A program made the position numbers and the translations under genes. The notes beneath the pieces were generated by a model. That model worked only from the letters and a program-made list of their open reading frames with translations, had not been told where the DNA came from and ran no database searches. Shown here piece after piece: positions 1 through 11,904 of a stretch of 64,000 nt of DNA. Position 1 is the stretch's first letter; the number at the start of each line of letters is the position of its first letter. The stretch spans positions 129,396,001-129,460,000 of the forward strand of contig NC_086097.1 in NCBI RefSeq assembly GCF_963921235.1. The letters are read 5' to 3'. Source of the stretch: Mobula hypostoma. Lineage: Eukaryota.

Positions 1-382
1 GTATTTGTTCACACGCAGCCTCGTTTATTTTCCAATTGAACAAGCTTGGGTCTATTGTTGGATAACTAGCAAAGATATATATTTTTAAATTATTTGATCT
101 AACATCAATTTATTTTAAATCCAATGCACATCTTGCTTTAAGGCAGCTTCCATGTGGCACTTGACTATATTGTTTGCACTATCTCATCTCTCAAATCTGT
201 AAATTCCTAGATAGAGAATGCAGAGCTGATTGCATAGTATGACGGCTTCAGCCTTCTCAGAATTAGTGTAACACAGAATCATAGATTCACCATGACTACA
301 GAAGGCCATTCAGCCCATTAAGCCCATGCCATGTCTTTGCAGAGCAATCCAGGTATTGGGAATCCATTCAATCCCATGGAGA

Positions 383-820
383 CACATGCTGGAATCTGGA
401 ACAACAAACAACCTGCTGGATGAACTCAGCGGATCGAGCAGTATCTGTGGCGGGAGAGGAAAAGTTGACATTTTAGGTCAAAACCATGCATCAGTTCTGG
501 TTGGAGAGAGCAGGAAAGCCACGTCATGGTCACCATACCTCGAAGAGACCTCACAGAGGAGTAGCATAATGGATTTACAAGAGACTGAAGGTGCTGAATT
601 TGGAGCAACGATCATTCTGTTGAAAGAACTTGACTGATTGCACAGCCTTTGTGATCCTCAAACCTTGAACTATTCAACTAGGGAACAGCTTCTGCCTGTA
701 CATTCTGTCTAAAATATTCATAAATGTTTAGGTGAAGGGTCTTGATCTGAAATGTCCACTGACCTGCTAAATTCCTCCAGCATTTTTTTTTGCACCATAT
801 TCCAGTATCTGCTGTCTCCT
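383..820. mobile_element. Degenerate inverted pair of Penelope-like pLTR remnants
   Basis: 383-500 resembles the reverse complement of the pLTR (gctggatgaactcagc...gcagtatctgtgg); 730-820 is the forward form (tgaagggtcttgatctgaaatgtc...ttcctccagcatttt). Confidence 0.6.
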
Positions 821-2719
821 GTTCCATCATGACCATGAGCACTTTTGTCAAATCTCCTCTAACCTTCTATGGTCCAAGGAAAACTAACCAGAACTTTTTT
901 TTCCCCATTATTTATATCTTGGGTTTTATTCATAAATATTTGTTCCTTTTAAGCACTGGATCTTTACATGAGTCCTCATTAGGATGTGTTATTGGCAACA
1001 TATGCAATGGAAGGAAGAAAAAAAAATAATCATATAAAAAATGTTGTAACATTTTAAATGAACTTTTGAATATTGGATAATAGCACTTACTGCTGTGTTG
1101 CAGTAATTTTCATTTTTTTCTGTATCTAATGACTTGCTGATAGCTCAACTACTCTGTAGGGACACCAAATGATTATAGTAAGGATGAGTGATCTTTGTAG
1201 GATATGACTGATTGGTATGGTAATACACAGGCTGGGCTGTAAGCTGTTATAGACAATCAATTATACCACTGTGTGGAACTCCAATACATACTTCATTCAC
1301 AGTTTGTCAACTGGGATTATGGTATTACATTATAGCACTTAATTTTACTTAACATTCAACTCAAATTATACACAACAGCTAAATAGTTAATACGTTTGGC
1401 TACAAGACATCTTTATGGATAAAATTCAATCGAATCAAGAAGAAGCTGATTTCCTGGCAATTTGTAGCAGTTTCCAGAGGAAGTATTATATCAGTGGAAG
1501 AAAGGAAAGTTCTCAAATATTTAATTATATTATTTCAAAGATCAGTGAGAAAAGTTGGGACATGCACTCTACATTAATCAGACCATGCTGCAATATTAAC
1601 TGATAGAGCAACTGTAAAATATGAGACAAGGATTGTGTAATATTTTATAGCTTTTTATGCAAGATTAGATTAATAAATTTAAATTAGTCCAATAAAGCCA
1701 TTTAGGAACATATTATAGCCAGATAAAATGCAACAGTTATCAATTAGCATGTTCCATCTCATAAGGCCAGACATCTGATTTATTCAGTGTATCATTTAAA
1801 GGAACAAGTAAAGCGATATTAAACATAGACTCATGTCAGAACAGTTTACATTTCTGCACAATCACAATCTGTGCAAGTTCCTGCCAATGATTACATTTAT
1901 TACTGAATCTTCACTGTGCTCTGCTCTTGATCAGTAATGGTAAAGTTAATCAATGTTAATCAGGCACTTTGATTCACCAATATCTGTTTTTATGCTATTA
2001 TTTGCTTGTGAATCCTTTCCTACTGTATATAGTGGATATCTATGCTGCAAATATAATATTCATACACTTTGAATACTCTTAAAATATATTATAAGCATAC
2101 AAAATACTTGCCGATTGAAAGGTTGGATCAATCAGATGTGATATTCAAAACACCCACTTCTCAACTATACTGACCTTTCATTCCTTAAACTTAGCTACCA
2201 GAAAATTTGAAGACTCAAATACACGTGTACAGGCCTCCATATCCAATTCCCATACCTTCCATCATTTGCTCATGGAGTTCCAGCTCCTAAAATTTATTCC
2301 TGTAATTTGGACTGCCAGTTTAGGATAATTTCCTGGACAATTTTATGACATGAAGTGACATCCTCAAATCCCCATAACTGCTCACCCATAGTGTGTAACT
2401 TGAATGATCCAAATCCGTTTCATGCCACAGTCTTTATTATCTAAATGGTGATCATTTATCAAAGAGTTATATCTTCCATTTCAAATTCACTCACCACTAG
2501 TAGACAGAATGAATCAAAGAAAAAGTTTTAAATGCAAATTGATGTAATTCCCTTTTGATATAACTGGTGGGATGCTTGTAGTATTTCTCTGGAAGTGAAT
2601 TGTTAAAACCCAAGCCAGTTGTGGTTTGGTGTGTGGCACTTTTCCTCTTGCTTTTCATTCAGAAGAAACTGTGTTCAAAACCCATTGCAGAAAACCGGAT
2701 GCACCAATCTATGCTGACA

Positions 2720-3830
2720 TCCATGTATCAGAAAAATCTGGATGGGTAGGGTCTTTAATTTTGTTGGCTGCTTTACTGAGGCAAGAAGTATAGGCAGAGT
2801 CCTTGGAGGGGAAATAATGAGTCGAGTACAGGTAGGAGATCGAGAGCTTAGTGAAATGATGTCATGTTATCAATCTTTCCTTCAGTGTCAGCAAAACAAA
2901 AGCGCTGGTTGCTGACTTCAGGAAGGGAGGCAATGCACATGCTCCTGTCTGCATCAATGGTGTTGAGGTTGAGAGGGTTGAGAGTTCCAAGTTTCTAGGA
3001 GTGAACAACACCAAAAGCCTATCCTGGTCCAAAAAGACATAGATGTCTTGGCCAAGAAAGCTCACCAATGGCTCTACTTCCTCGGCGGGGGGGGGGGGGG
3101 GGGAAGGAATTTTGCATGTCCCCATCAACCCTGACCAAATGTTATTGATGTGCCATAGACATCACCCTGTCTGCATGTATCATGGCTTGGTATGGTAACT
3201 GCTTTGCACATGACGACAGGAAACTGCTCTGCACATCACAGAAACCAGCCTCCTCTCCGTGGACTGCCAATAATTCCCACTGCTTCAGTAAATTAGCAAG
3301 CATAATCAAAGACCCCCTTCCACCCTAAACATTCTCCCTTCTCTGCTCTTCCATTGGGAGGAAGATACAAAAGCCTGAAAGTGCATACTACCAGATTCAA
3401 GGACAGCTCCTACCTGTTGTTTCAAGACTATAAAAGGTTCCTAGTATGATAAGATGGACACTTGATCCTACAATCTAACTCATTAAGATCTTGTACATTA
3501 TTGTTCACCTGTTCTGCATTCAATGTAGCTGGTACATTTTATTCTGCATTGTTATTGTTTTACCTTGTTCTTCCTTACTGAATTGTGCAATGATTTGATC
3601 AGTAAGAACAATATTCAAGACAAGGTTTTCACTGTATCTTGGTATATGTAGCAACAATAACCCAATCCCAATTCCAATTACAAGCTGTTCTCTGTACTTT
3701 CTTGCAGTCACAGGGAGTGCAGTTGCCATACCAAGCTGTGATATATCCAGTGTGTCAATAAAAATTGGTAAGGGTCAATGGGGATATGACACCTGAAGAA
3801 GTACAGTACAGGTGATTGGCCTGAGTGATG
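2720..3830 (-). mobile_element. Old Rex1/Babar LINE 3' fragment split by a plus-strand Rex1 insertion (pieces ~2720-2811 and ~3680-3830)
   Basis: Both pieces are reverse-complement homologues of the Rex1 3' region seen at 3130-3330. Confidence 0.6.
2812..3679 (+). mobile_element. Rex1/Babar LINE 3' fragment (RT C-terminus + 3'UTR)
   Basis: Decayed SVSKTKALVADFRKG...VEVERVESSKFLGV, followed by 3'UTR and (ccaatt)-like tail. Confidence 0.8.
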
Positions 3831-4304
3831 GATCAAATATCATTAGGAAATTATGTGCTGTTGTTCGATACTAATGGTATGCCTAAAAGATACTCATGGC
3901 ACCAATTGTCTGCCTGAAGCAAAGAAAAACTATCCCTGTCAATGACAATTCACTATGGCTCCATTACATAACTGGGTCATTCCTTGGCAAAAGGTATAGT
4001 GTAGGGGTGGGGTGCAGTCCCTACCACCAAAGTTGTAAAGCATAAACAGACAGAAAATGGAATTGGGCATAGTTCCGAGCAGTGAGCATTAGTCCCAGGA
4101 GTGGCTTTTCCAGGGATTTTGAGGGCACAGGAGTCCTTTCTGAGACAGACTAGGTTTTCTGAATATTTGCACATTGAGATTGCCAGTCTTTACCACGGGG
4201 GTTAACTCTCTGGTCCAATGTTCTCAGGTCTGGCAACTGTCAACGTCCAACAGGTTTTGAATCTGTAGTGCAGATCTATACTAACTTAGAACTTCCAGCC
4301 AAGA

Positions 4305-5110
4305 TCTTTCTATACCCATGACAGTATAGCTAAGCATCAGTGACACCATTGTTGGTGGTAGAATTGCAGATGGCAATGAGCAGATGTACAGGAGTGAGAC
4401 AGATTGGCTGGTGGAGTGGTGCTGCAATGCCAACCTCACAATCAACTCCAGCAAGACCAAGAAATTGATTGTGGGCGTCAGGAGAACACACACCAGTCTT
4501 AATTGAGAGGTCAGCAGCGGAAAGGGTAAGCAGTTTCAGGTTCCTCTGTAATCAGCTCAGAGAATCTATCCTGGGCCTGACACATTGTCAACAGCTCTAC
4601 CATTACGAGTTTGAGGACACTGACTATATCACCAAAGACTCTTACAAATTTCTATAGATGTTCAGCGGAGAGCATTCTGACTGGTTGCATCACAGCCTGG
4701 TATGGAAACACCAAAGCACAGGATCGCAAGAGGCTGTAGAGGGTTGTAGGCCCAACAAGCTCCATCAGGGGCACAGCATTCCCCACCATCACAGGTGTTT
4801 TAAAGAGGCAGGGCCTCAGGAAGGTATCATCTACCTCACCATCTGGAACATGCCTTCTTCTTACTACTACCATCAGGGAGAAGGTATAGGAGCCTGAAGA
4901 CACACAGTCAACAATTCAGAAACAGCTTTTTCCCTCCAGCGTCAAATTTCTTAATGATCCATGCACCTATAAACACTACTTTGTTATTCCTTTTATTTGC
5001 ACTACTTATTTATTTATAGTAATTTTACATTTTTGTACTATACTGTTGCCACAAAACAATGAATTTCATGTCATATAGGTCTTTGATAATAAATATGATT
5101 CTAATTCTGA
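4305..5110 (+). mobile_element. Rex1/Babar LINE 3' fragment
   Basis: PVLIERSAAERVSSFRFL; ccatcagggagaaggtataggagcctgaagacac; ends gataataaatatgattctaattctga. Confidence 0.8.
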
Positions 5111-6049
5111 CACAAAATGAATTAAAATCTGTACTAATCTACAGGCAATTAACCTATTTGAGCAACATCTGTGATGTCAGTGGACAATGGTTCCAATTTA
5201 CCGAAACATCTGGTTATGGACAGCTCTTGCAGCCCTGTCATGACCCAGAAAGTGTATATAGTTAAAAAGAACAGCTCTGCTCAGAAGGACAGGATTGGGA
5301 GCAACGCCTGAGGTCCGCCGACAGTCAGGTCCCAAGGGGGCCAGTCTAGAGAGTTTCAAATTGTCATATCTCTTGACCTTATTGTCAGATGAAAACCATT
5401 TCCTGGCCCATTGCACAGAAGGGGTGGAAGTTGTCATGAAGCCACTTACGTAGGATTGGCACATTCCTTTGCACTTGCTTGTCAATAGCTTGTTTTATTG
5501 TAGGATATGGAGCCCAGTCATCAGGCTCATTTTCACGTCTCTGCATTTCTTGGAACCCTTTAAGAGGGAGAAGATGTACACATTAAGAAGAAATACAACT
5601 GAAAGCAAAGCTAAAAGAAACAGTTTCTCCAAGAGCCCCCAAGGTTGTTGCAGGGAACACGTCTGCATTATTCTGGGTAGCAAAGTTTTTATTTCCTTAG
5701 GCAGCAAGGAGAGATGACTGCCACATTCTCCAAGAATCAAATATAAGATTGAGCCCAGCTCTACTTGTTGTGGCCAGGTTTTACCACACTCCAATGCTTG
5801 TGTTGTCTCTGGCCACCTCCAGGCAGCCTCAGGGCTCTGTATCGATAACTCCTGACAAACTGAAGTGTAATAAACAGAAGAGTGAGGCCGAATGAAACAT
5901 CCATTATTTTAGTTGATGGATATTGTGGAAAGGGTGCTGAACTTGGAGGGTAGACACTAAGTATTGCCGATTTGATTCCTTTTGAATCAAAGGAAATTTT
6001 ATTTTCTTAATTTCATAATTGTTGACTCACTACTTGTGTGAAGTAGTGT

Positions 6050-6759
6050 GAAAGAGTGACATCTTGCAAAGTGGGAGCCATTTGAAAACGTCAAGTCTTG
6101 TCTGGAGTCAGTCATTGTTTGTAGTAAGCAAGGTAGTGACATCTTGCAGGGTGGGAGCCATTTGAAAACTGCAAGACTTGCCAGGAGTGGGTCATTGTTT
6201 GAAGGAGCGAGAGGCTTGAAGGCAGGTACCTGGATGGCTCTCAGGAGAGGGCAAGGGAATAGGCAGCTAATGTAGAGTACACCTGCGGCCGTTCCCCTCA
6301 ATAATAAGGATACAACTTTAGATACTGTTGGGGAGATGACCTACCAAGGAAAAGCCCCAGCAAGTAGGTCTCTGGCACTGAGTATGGCTCTGTGGCTTAG
6401 AAGGGGAAGAGAAGAGGAGTGCAGTAGTGAGAGAGGATTCCATATTTAGAGGAGGTGACAGGAGATTCTGTGGACGTGAGAGAGACACCCAGATGGTGTG
6501 TTGCCTTCCTGGTGCCAGCGTCAGGGATGTCTTAGATTGGGTCCACAGCTTATAAAGGGAGAGGGTGAGCAGCCAGAAGTTAGGGTACATTTTGCTACCA
6601 ATGATGCAGGCAGGAAAAGGGAGGAGGTCTTGAAGAGTGAATATTGGGTGTTAGGTAGAAAGCTGAACAGCAGGGTCTCCAAGGTAATAATCTCAGGAAT
6701 ACTGCCTGTGCCACATGCCAGTGAGGGTAAGATGAATGCAAAGCTGAGGAATTGGGCAG
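6050..6759 (+). mobile_element. CR1 LINE 5'UTR + ORF1 (SGNH esterase domain) remnant
   Basis: Decayed AVV.EDSIFRGGDRRFCGRERDTQMVCCLPGASVRDV and KGEGEQPEVRVHFATND...VIISGILPVP; two ~80-bp 5'UTR monomers at ~6056-6203. Confidence 0.85.
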
Positions 6760-6938
6760 TGTTGTCTCTATGCACAACTACATATCAAGTAAATAAAAGC
6801 ACGTATGTGGGAGATAGCTTTAACTGGTGTATTCACATTGCAGCAAGAGAGAAAGCAATGCTCATGCACAGACAACAGATCAATACGCGGTGCTGGGAGG
6901 GGTTCATTGCTCTAAAAGAAATAGATCCATACATTACA
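6760..6938 (-). repeat. 3' LTR of the Gypsy element (~179 bp)
   Basis: TG...CA termini (tgttg...ttaca); directly preceded on the minus strand by polypurine tract aaaggaagaggaag (6939-6952). Confidence 0.75.
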
Positions 6939-7188
6939 CTTCCTCTTCCTTTAGATTAATGCAACATAAACTGTAAATGTACAAAATATTCAATTCCCAT
7001 TTCGTAAACCCATATTCCAAATAAACATACTTCTACAATAACAGTCCATAACTATCTTCACAGTTCTAAAGTTTCAGTTTTTAGGGAGGCACTCTGTTTC
7101 TTTCAGGATAGCACCTCTGGACCTGTGGGGTGGCTTCAGGTTTGGCAGGTGTCTTGTCTAAGACAACACTCTCAGTTTCTGGTATCAC

Positions 7189-7675
7189 ATAGAAACATAG
7201 AAAACCTACAGCACAATACCGGCCCTTTGGCCCACAAAGTTGTGCTGAACATATCCCTACCTTAGAAATTACTAGGCTTATCCATAGCCCTCTATTTTTC
7301 TAAGCTCCACGTACCTATCCAAAGGTCTCTTAAAAGACCCTATCGTATCCGCCTCCACCACCGTTGCCAGCAGCCCATTCCACACACTCACTACTCTCTG
7401 CGCAAAAAACTTACCCTTGACATCTCCTCTGTACCTACTCCCCAGCACCTTAAACCTGTGTCCTCTTGTGGCAACCATTTCAGCCCTGAGGAAAACCCTT
7501 GACTATCCACACGATCAATGCCTCTCATCATCTTATACACCTCTATCAGGTCACCTCTCATCCTCCATCGCTCCAAGGAGAAAAGGCCAAGTTCACTCAA
7601 CCTATTCTCATAAGGCATGCTCCCCAATCCAGGCAACATCCTTGTAAATCTTCTCTGCACTCTTTCTATGGTTTC
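7189..7675 (-). mobile_element. Young CR1 3' fragment inserted into Gypsy integrase region
   Basis: QRRFTRMLPGL..LFSLERWRMRGDLIEVYK; (catagaaa)n tail; TSD ggtatcac (7181-7188)/ggcatcac (7676-7683). Confidence 0.92.
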
Positions 7676-8032
7676 GGCATCACGTTGCTGTCAGTGACAT
7701 CATCCCTGAGAGGCAAGTCTGGTGACTGTGATGTGTCCGTCTTGTTGGATGCAGTTGACTCAGGTGTGTTCTTCAGTTGAGCATCCGGTATCTGGTCCAC
7801 ATGATGTCTGAATGTCCGATCTCCAACATCCACTGTGTACATCAGTGGTCCAGATCTTGTAGCTATCCAAGTGTCCACTTGCCTACTTGCCTTCTCAGTA
7901 ACCATGCACTAGGACTTCCTGTCCATCCTCAAAGCTCTTTGCTGCTTCACTTGGCAACTGGCTGAACTGTTCATTCTGCACTTCCCTCCATAGATCTGGT
8001 TTCAGGAGGACTATGTGAGATCTGACTCCTGC

Positions 8033-8590
8033 TCATGAACAGCATTCAGGTGTTTGATTTATCGTCGCATTAACAGAGTTCCGATACACAAAAAGGAAGT
8101 TGTCTGTCTTGTGTTGTAGAGAAACGTCCTCTTTGTCCATCCCTTTAGTGGACTTCTTAAAGGTTTGGATAAACCTTTCAGCTAACCCATTCATTGCTGG
8201 GTGGCGAGGAGCTGACTTGAAATGTCTGATGCCATTTTTCTTCATGAAGAGTTGGAATTCTTCTGACGTGTATTGTGGTCTGTTGTCACTCACAATTTGT
8301 TCTGGTAAGACGTTTCTGGTGAAGATAGTTCTCAGAGTGGAGACGGTCTTTGCTGAGGTAATTGACTTCATTGATGTAACCTCTGGCCTCTTCGAATGAG
8401 CACCCACAGCAATCAGATACATGGAGTCCATGGATGGCCCAGCACAATCAATATGTACTCTGGTGTACTCTGCTGACAACAGCCACCCCCATGGGTGTAA
8501 CTGTGCCAGTGAGGGTGCATTTTGAACTTTTTGGCTTTTGGCTAAGTCTTCAATCTGTTTGTTTATTCCCGGCCACCACACGTAGCTCAA
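8033..8590 (-). pseudogene. Gypsy integrase core (rve) fragment
   Basis: 185-aa ORF with HID, VSDN, NGLAER motifs; flanking frames disrupted. Confidence 0.9.
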
Positions 8591-9036
8591 GCAAAACTTT
8601 TCATTTGGACTGTACCCAGGTGTCCTTCATACAGATTTTCTAACACTCTGGTGTGCAGCTTAGAGGGAACCACAACACAAGATCAGCGTTCTACTGACAG
8701 TTGGTCTCATGTCGCTGAGAACTCTGGAAACATAAGGTTACCATGAGCTGGCCATCCTCGCATGGTGATTTCATAGACCTTTGACAATGTCAGGTCACTC
8801 CTTGTTTCCCTTTGTATTTCGGAATTTGTTACCGACTGTAGGTCTACCAATGCGGTGTGGAACTCTTCTGCTGGGTCACAGTATGAAGAGTTTTCTTCTT
8901 TGGTTGCCAATACTGGAAGACATGACAAGCCATCAGCGTTGCTGTGTTTTTTGGTACCCTTGAAATCTGTGTCATAATAATGGGCTCCTAGGAATAGTAC
9001 CCAATGTTGTAACCAGGTAGCAGTCATCACTGGAAT

Positions 9037-9324
9037 TCACTTCCTGGGACTGAAAATGGACACAAGGGGCTGGTGATCTGTCACTAGCGTAAACTTTTGA
9101 CCGTAGAGGTGGTGGTGGAACTTCTTTATTCCCCATTCTAAACTAAGGGCCTCTTGGGCGATCTGTGTGTAGTTGCATTCTGCAGTCATGAGTGATCTTG
9201 AAGCAAATGCATTTGGACGTTCAGATCCATCTTTCATTATACATGACAAAACAGCTTCAATGTCGTAAGAGGATACATCGCACGCCAGTCTGATAGGCAG
9301 GAATGGGTCATAATGGGTGAGCAC
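9037..9324 (-). pseudogene. Gypsy RNase H fragment
   Basis: LACDVSSYDIEAVLS...AFASRSLMTAECNY...LVTDHQPL. Confidence 0.88.
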
Positions 9325-9439
9325 TTTATCGGATGTTATTAGTCTCTTTGTTTCCTTGAATGCTTTTTCTCATCTTTCTGACCATAGCCATTTTGCTCCT
9401 GTCTGTAACAGTGTGTTCAATGGATGCAGCACTCCAAGC

Positions 9440-9655
9440 CACACATCTTCCTGACTTGGAAATATATTGCCATTCCTTCACAGTCACTTGGTCAATATCC
9501 TGGAGCTTCCTCCCTTACTGTATTGTGAGTATACCACATCTCAAGGACCAAAGCAGTTCAAGAAGACAGCTCCCCACCACTTCCTCAAGGCTGAAGAATG
9601 GGCAACTTCATGCTGACTCAGTCTGTGAAGCCCACAACTCTTAATGAATAGAAGA
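9440..9655 (+). mobile_element. Old LINE/SINE 3' tail (chondrichthyan CR1/L2-like)
   Basis: ctgacttggaaatatattgccattccttca...cagctccccaccacttcctcaagg...atgggcaa; related pieces at ~10830-10865 and ~11500-11560. Confidence 0.55.
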
Positions 9656-10869
9656 GTTGTAAGGTTCTAGGTTCTTCCCTGATCATTAAGCAGCCGGACG
9701 AAGGAAACCCAGAGTAGGTCCACAGCTCCCAAATGTAAAAGAGCACCTTGCACCATAAGCAGCACTTCCTATGTCATTTCTTTGGATGAGTCACCAAATC
9801 ATTCATTTTAGCATTAGACATTGGTTTAATTAACACAAAATAAAAGGAATTACAGGGCCAGAAAATCTGATGAGCCTCTTAAGAGATATGAATGATTTGA
9901 AGTACTTTTTTTTCATGTAGAAATTCTCTGATGTTTCATTGAGATGATACCAGTCAAGATTTTTATCATGAAACTCTTCTTCCTATCCACACTTTTCAGA
10001 GCAGTAGCAAGAGAAGAGGAATCGATCATGGGATAGAGAAGTAAGTATCCCTGCTTTGTTGATGTGCAATAGTTTCTAAGAACAAAATGGCATTGAATTA
10101 AAGCTAAGGTGAAAGGTAAGACAAAATAGTCAATGTTAACCATATTTCTTCCACCAGAATATCTGAAAAAATTGTACAGAAAAATAACATTTCCTCAGAA
10201 AATCAGTCACATTCCACTGATATCTGGAATCCTCTGCTCTGAGAATGAATGTCGTTACATTGAAGTGTCTCTCTTGGTTGACTAATAGCATACTATGACA
10301 GAACTAAGCTCATGACTTCTAAATGTCAGCTGAACCCCTGGGCTGAATTACTTCGGTCATTAAATGTAGTGTCCCTTCTGAATGTATTTATGATTCTGCT
10401 AGACTTACTGTCGAGCTCAAATCTCCCATTCCCCAAATATTAGATTTAATTATTACTGTCTTAAGTCTCCTTTCAGAAAATACATAATATAAACATCTGT
10501 TTTAGACGGTTTGGTCTCTAATATGTTGCTAAGTGGGTGTATCAAGGGACAGAAAATGAAATTTGGACAAATAAAATCAAACTCCAGATTGCCTGAGATC
10601 TAATCAAAAAAGAGAAAAAAACTCGCATTTCTAAAAGAGACATTTTTGACATTATTTCCAAGACTTTTAAAATAATGAGATGTTTGGAAAGGATGTAAAA
10701 AGCACCATACCAAGGCATACCTTTCATTCATGTCTTCAGTACTTCATTCAGCCCACCAAACATGACTGCCAATTATGGTAGATGCAATAGAACATCAATA
10801 TTTCTAAGCACCCTCCCATTTACATACTATACTTTTCTGACTTGGAAATATATGGCTGCTTCATCATCA

Positions 10870-11415
10870 TAGAGGCATAGACTAATAGAGTAATGCAGCA
10901 TGGGTACAGGTCCCTCAACCATGCTGAATTTATGTGCGCTTTGCCCATGCCCCTCCAAAGTTTTTCCTGTCCATGTATCTGTCCGGTTGTCTTTTATATG
11001 TTGTTATTGTAGCCACTGTGATCACTTCAGCTGGTAGCTGATTCCACATAGATATCTATGTGTAAAAATGACATTGCACCTCAAGCTTCCATTAAATCTT
11101 TCCCCTCTCACTTTAAACCCATGCCATTTAGTTTTTTGATTCACTTTTTCCTGGGAAAAAGATTACACATTCACCATATCTATGCCAGCCATGATTTCAT
11201 ACACCCCTCTAAAGTCCTCGTGAAGTCTCTTATGGTCCACGGATAGACTCTCGCCTGACTAGCCTCTCCCTGTAATTCAAACCCTCAAACCCCAGCACCA
11301 TTCTCATAAATCTTTGCACTATTTCCAGCTTAATGATGTCTTTCTTATAACAGGGTGACCTAAACCGTACACAATACCCCAAATGTGGCCTCACCAATGT
11401 CTTGTACAACTATAC
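10870..11415 (-). mobile_element. Old CR1 3' fragment
   Basis: Reverse complement of CR1 ORF2 end and 3'UTR (acaataccccaaatgtggcctcaccaatgtcttgtacaact). Confidence 0.75.
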
Positions 11416-11569
11416 CGCAGGTACTGCCTTATCAGCATCTTGTCCAACTAGGGGAAGAAACATGGAACCAACAGCCATAGGGCACAATGGAAGTATTTTG
11501 GATGCTTCAAAAAGATGGTGGATTGTCACCTTCCCATGAGCAGTTAGGAATGGGCAATAAATTCTATTT

Positions 11570-11795
11570 TACTTATTTTATTTTAGAGAAACAGCATGGA
11601 ATAAGCTATCCTGGCACTTCAAGCCGCACAGCCAGCATGATTTAACCCTAGCCTAATCACAGGACAATTTTGAATGATTAATTAACCTCCTAACCGGTAC
11701 GTCTTTGGACTGTGTGAGGAAACCGGAGCAGCCAGAGGAAACTCACACATTCCATGGGGAGGACATGCAGACTCTTTACAGATGATGATACTGGA
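11570..11795 (-). mobile_element. HE1-like V-domain SINE
   Basis: gtacgtctttggactgtgtgaggaaaccggagcagccagaggaaactcacac...ggggaggacatgcagactc (V-domain-like) with CR1-type tail. Confidence 0.75.
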
Positions 11796-11904
11796 CTGAT
11801 CTCATTCTGCCACACTCATATCCATGGTAAAAGAAACTCTCCTCCAAGAAGTCAGGCAATAATTCAGCTTTCATAATGGCATTTAAAGGTCTGACATGAA
11901 TCAT

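Larger units (their letters stand above)
6760..9437 (-). mobile_element. 5'-truncated Ty3/Gypsy LTR retrotransposon (RT end, RNase H, integrase, PPT, 3' LTR)
   Basis: RNase H LTHYDP..LACDVSSY..AFASRSL..LVTDHQPL; integrase YVWWPGI..RVHIDCAGP..IVSDNRPQYTS..NGLAERFIQTFK; C-terminal RCYPERNRVPP; RT-RH-IN order. Confidence 0.92.
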
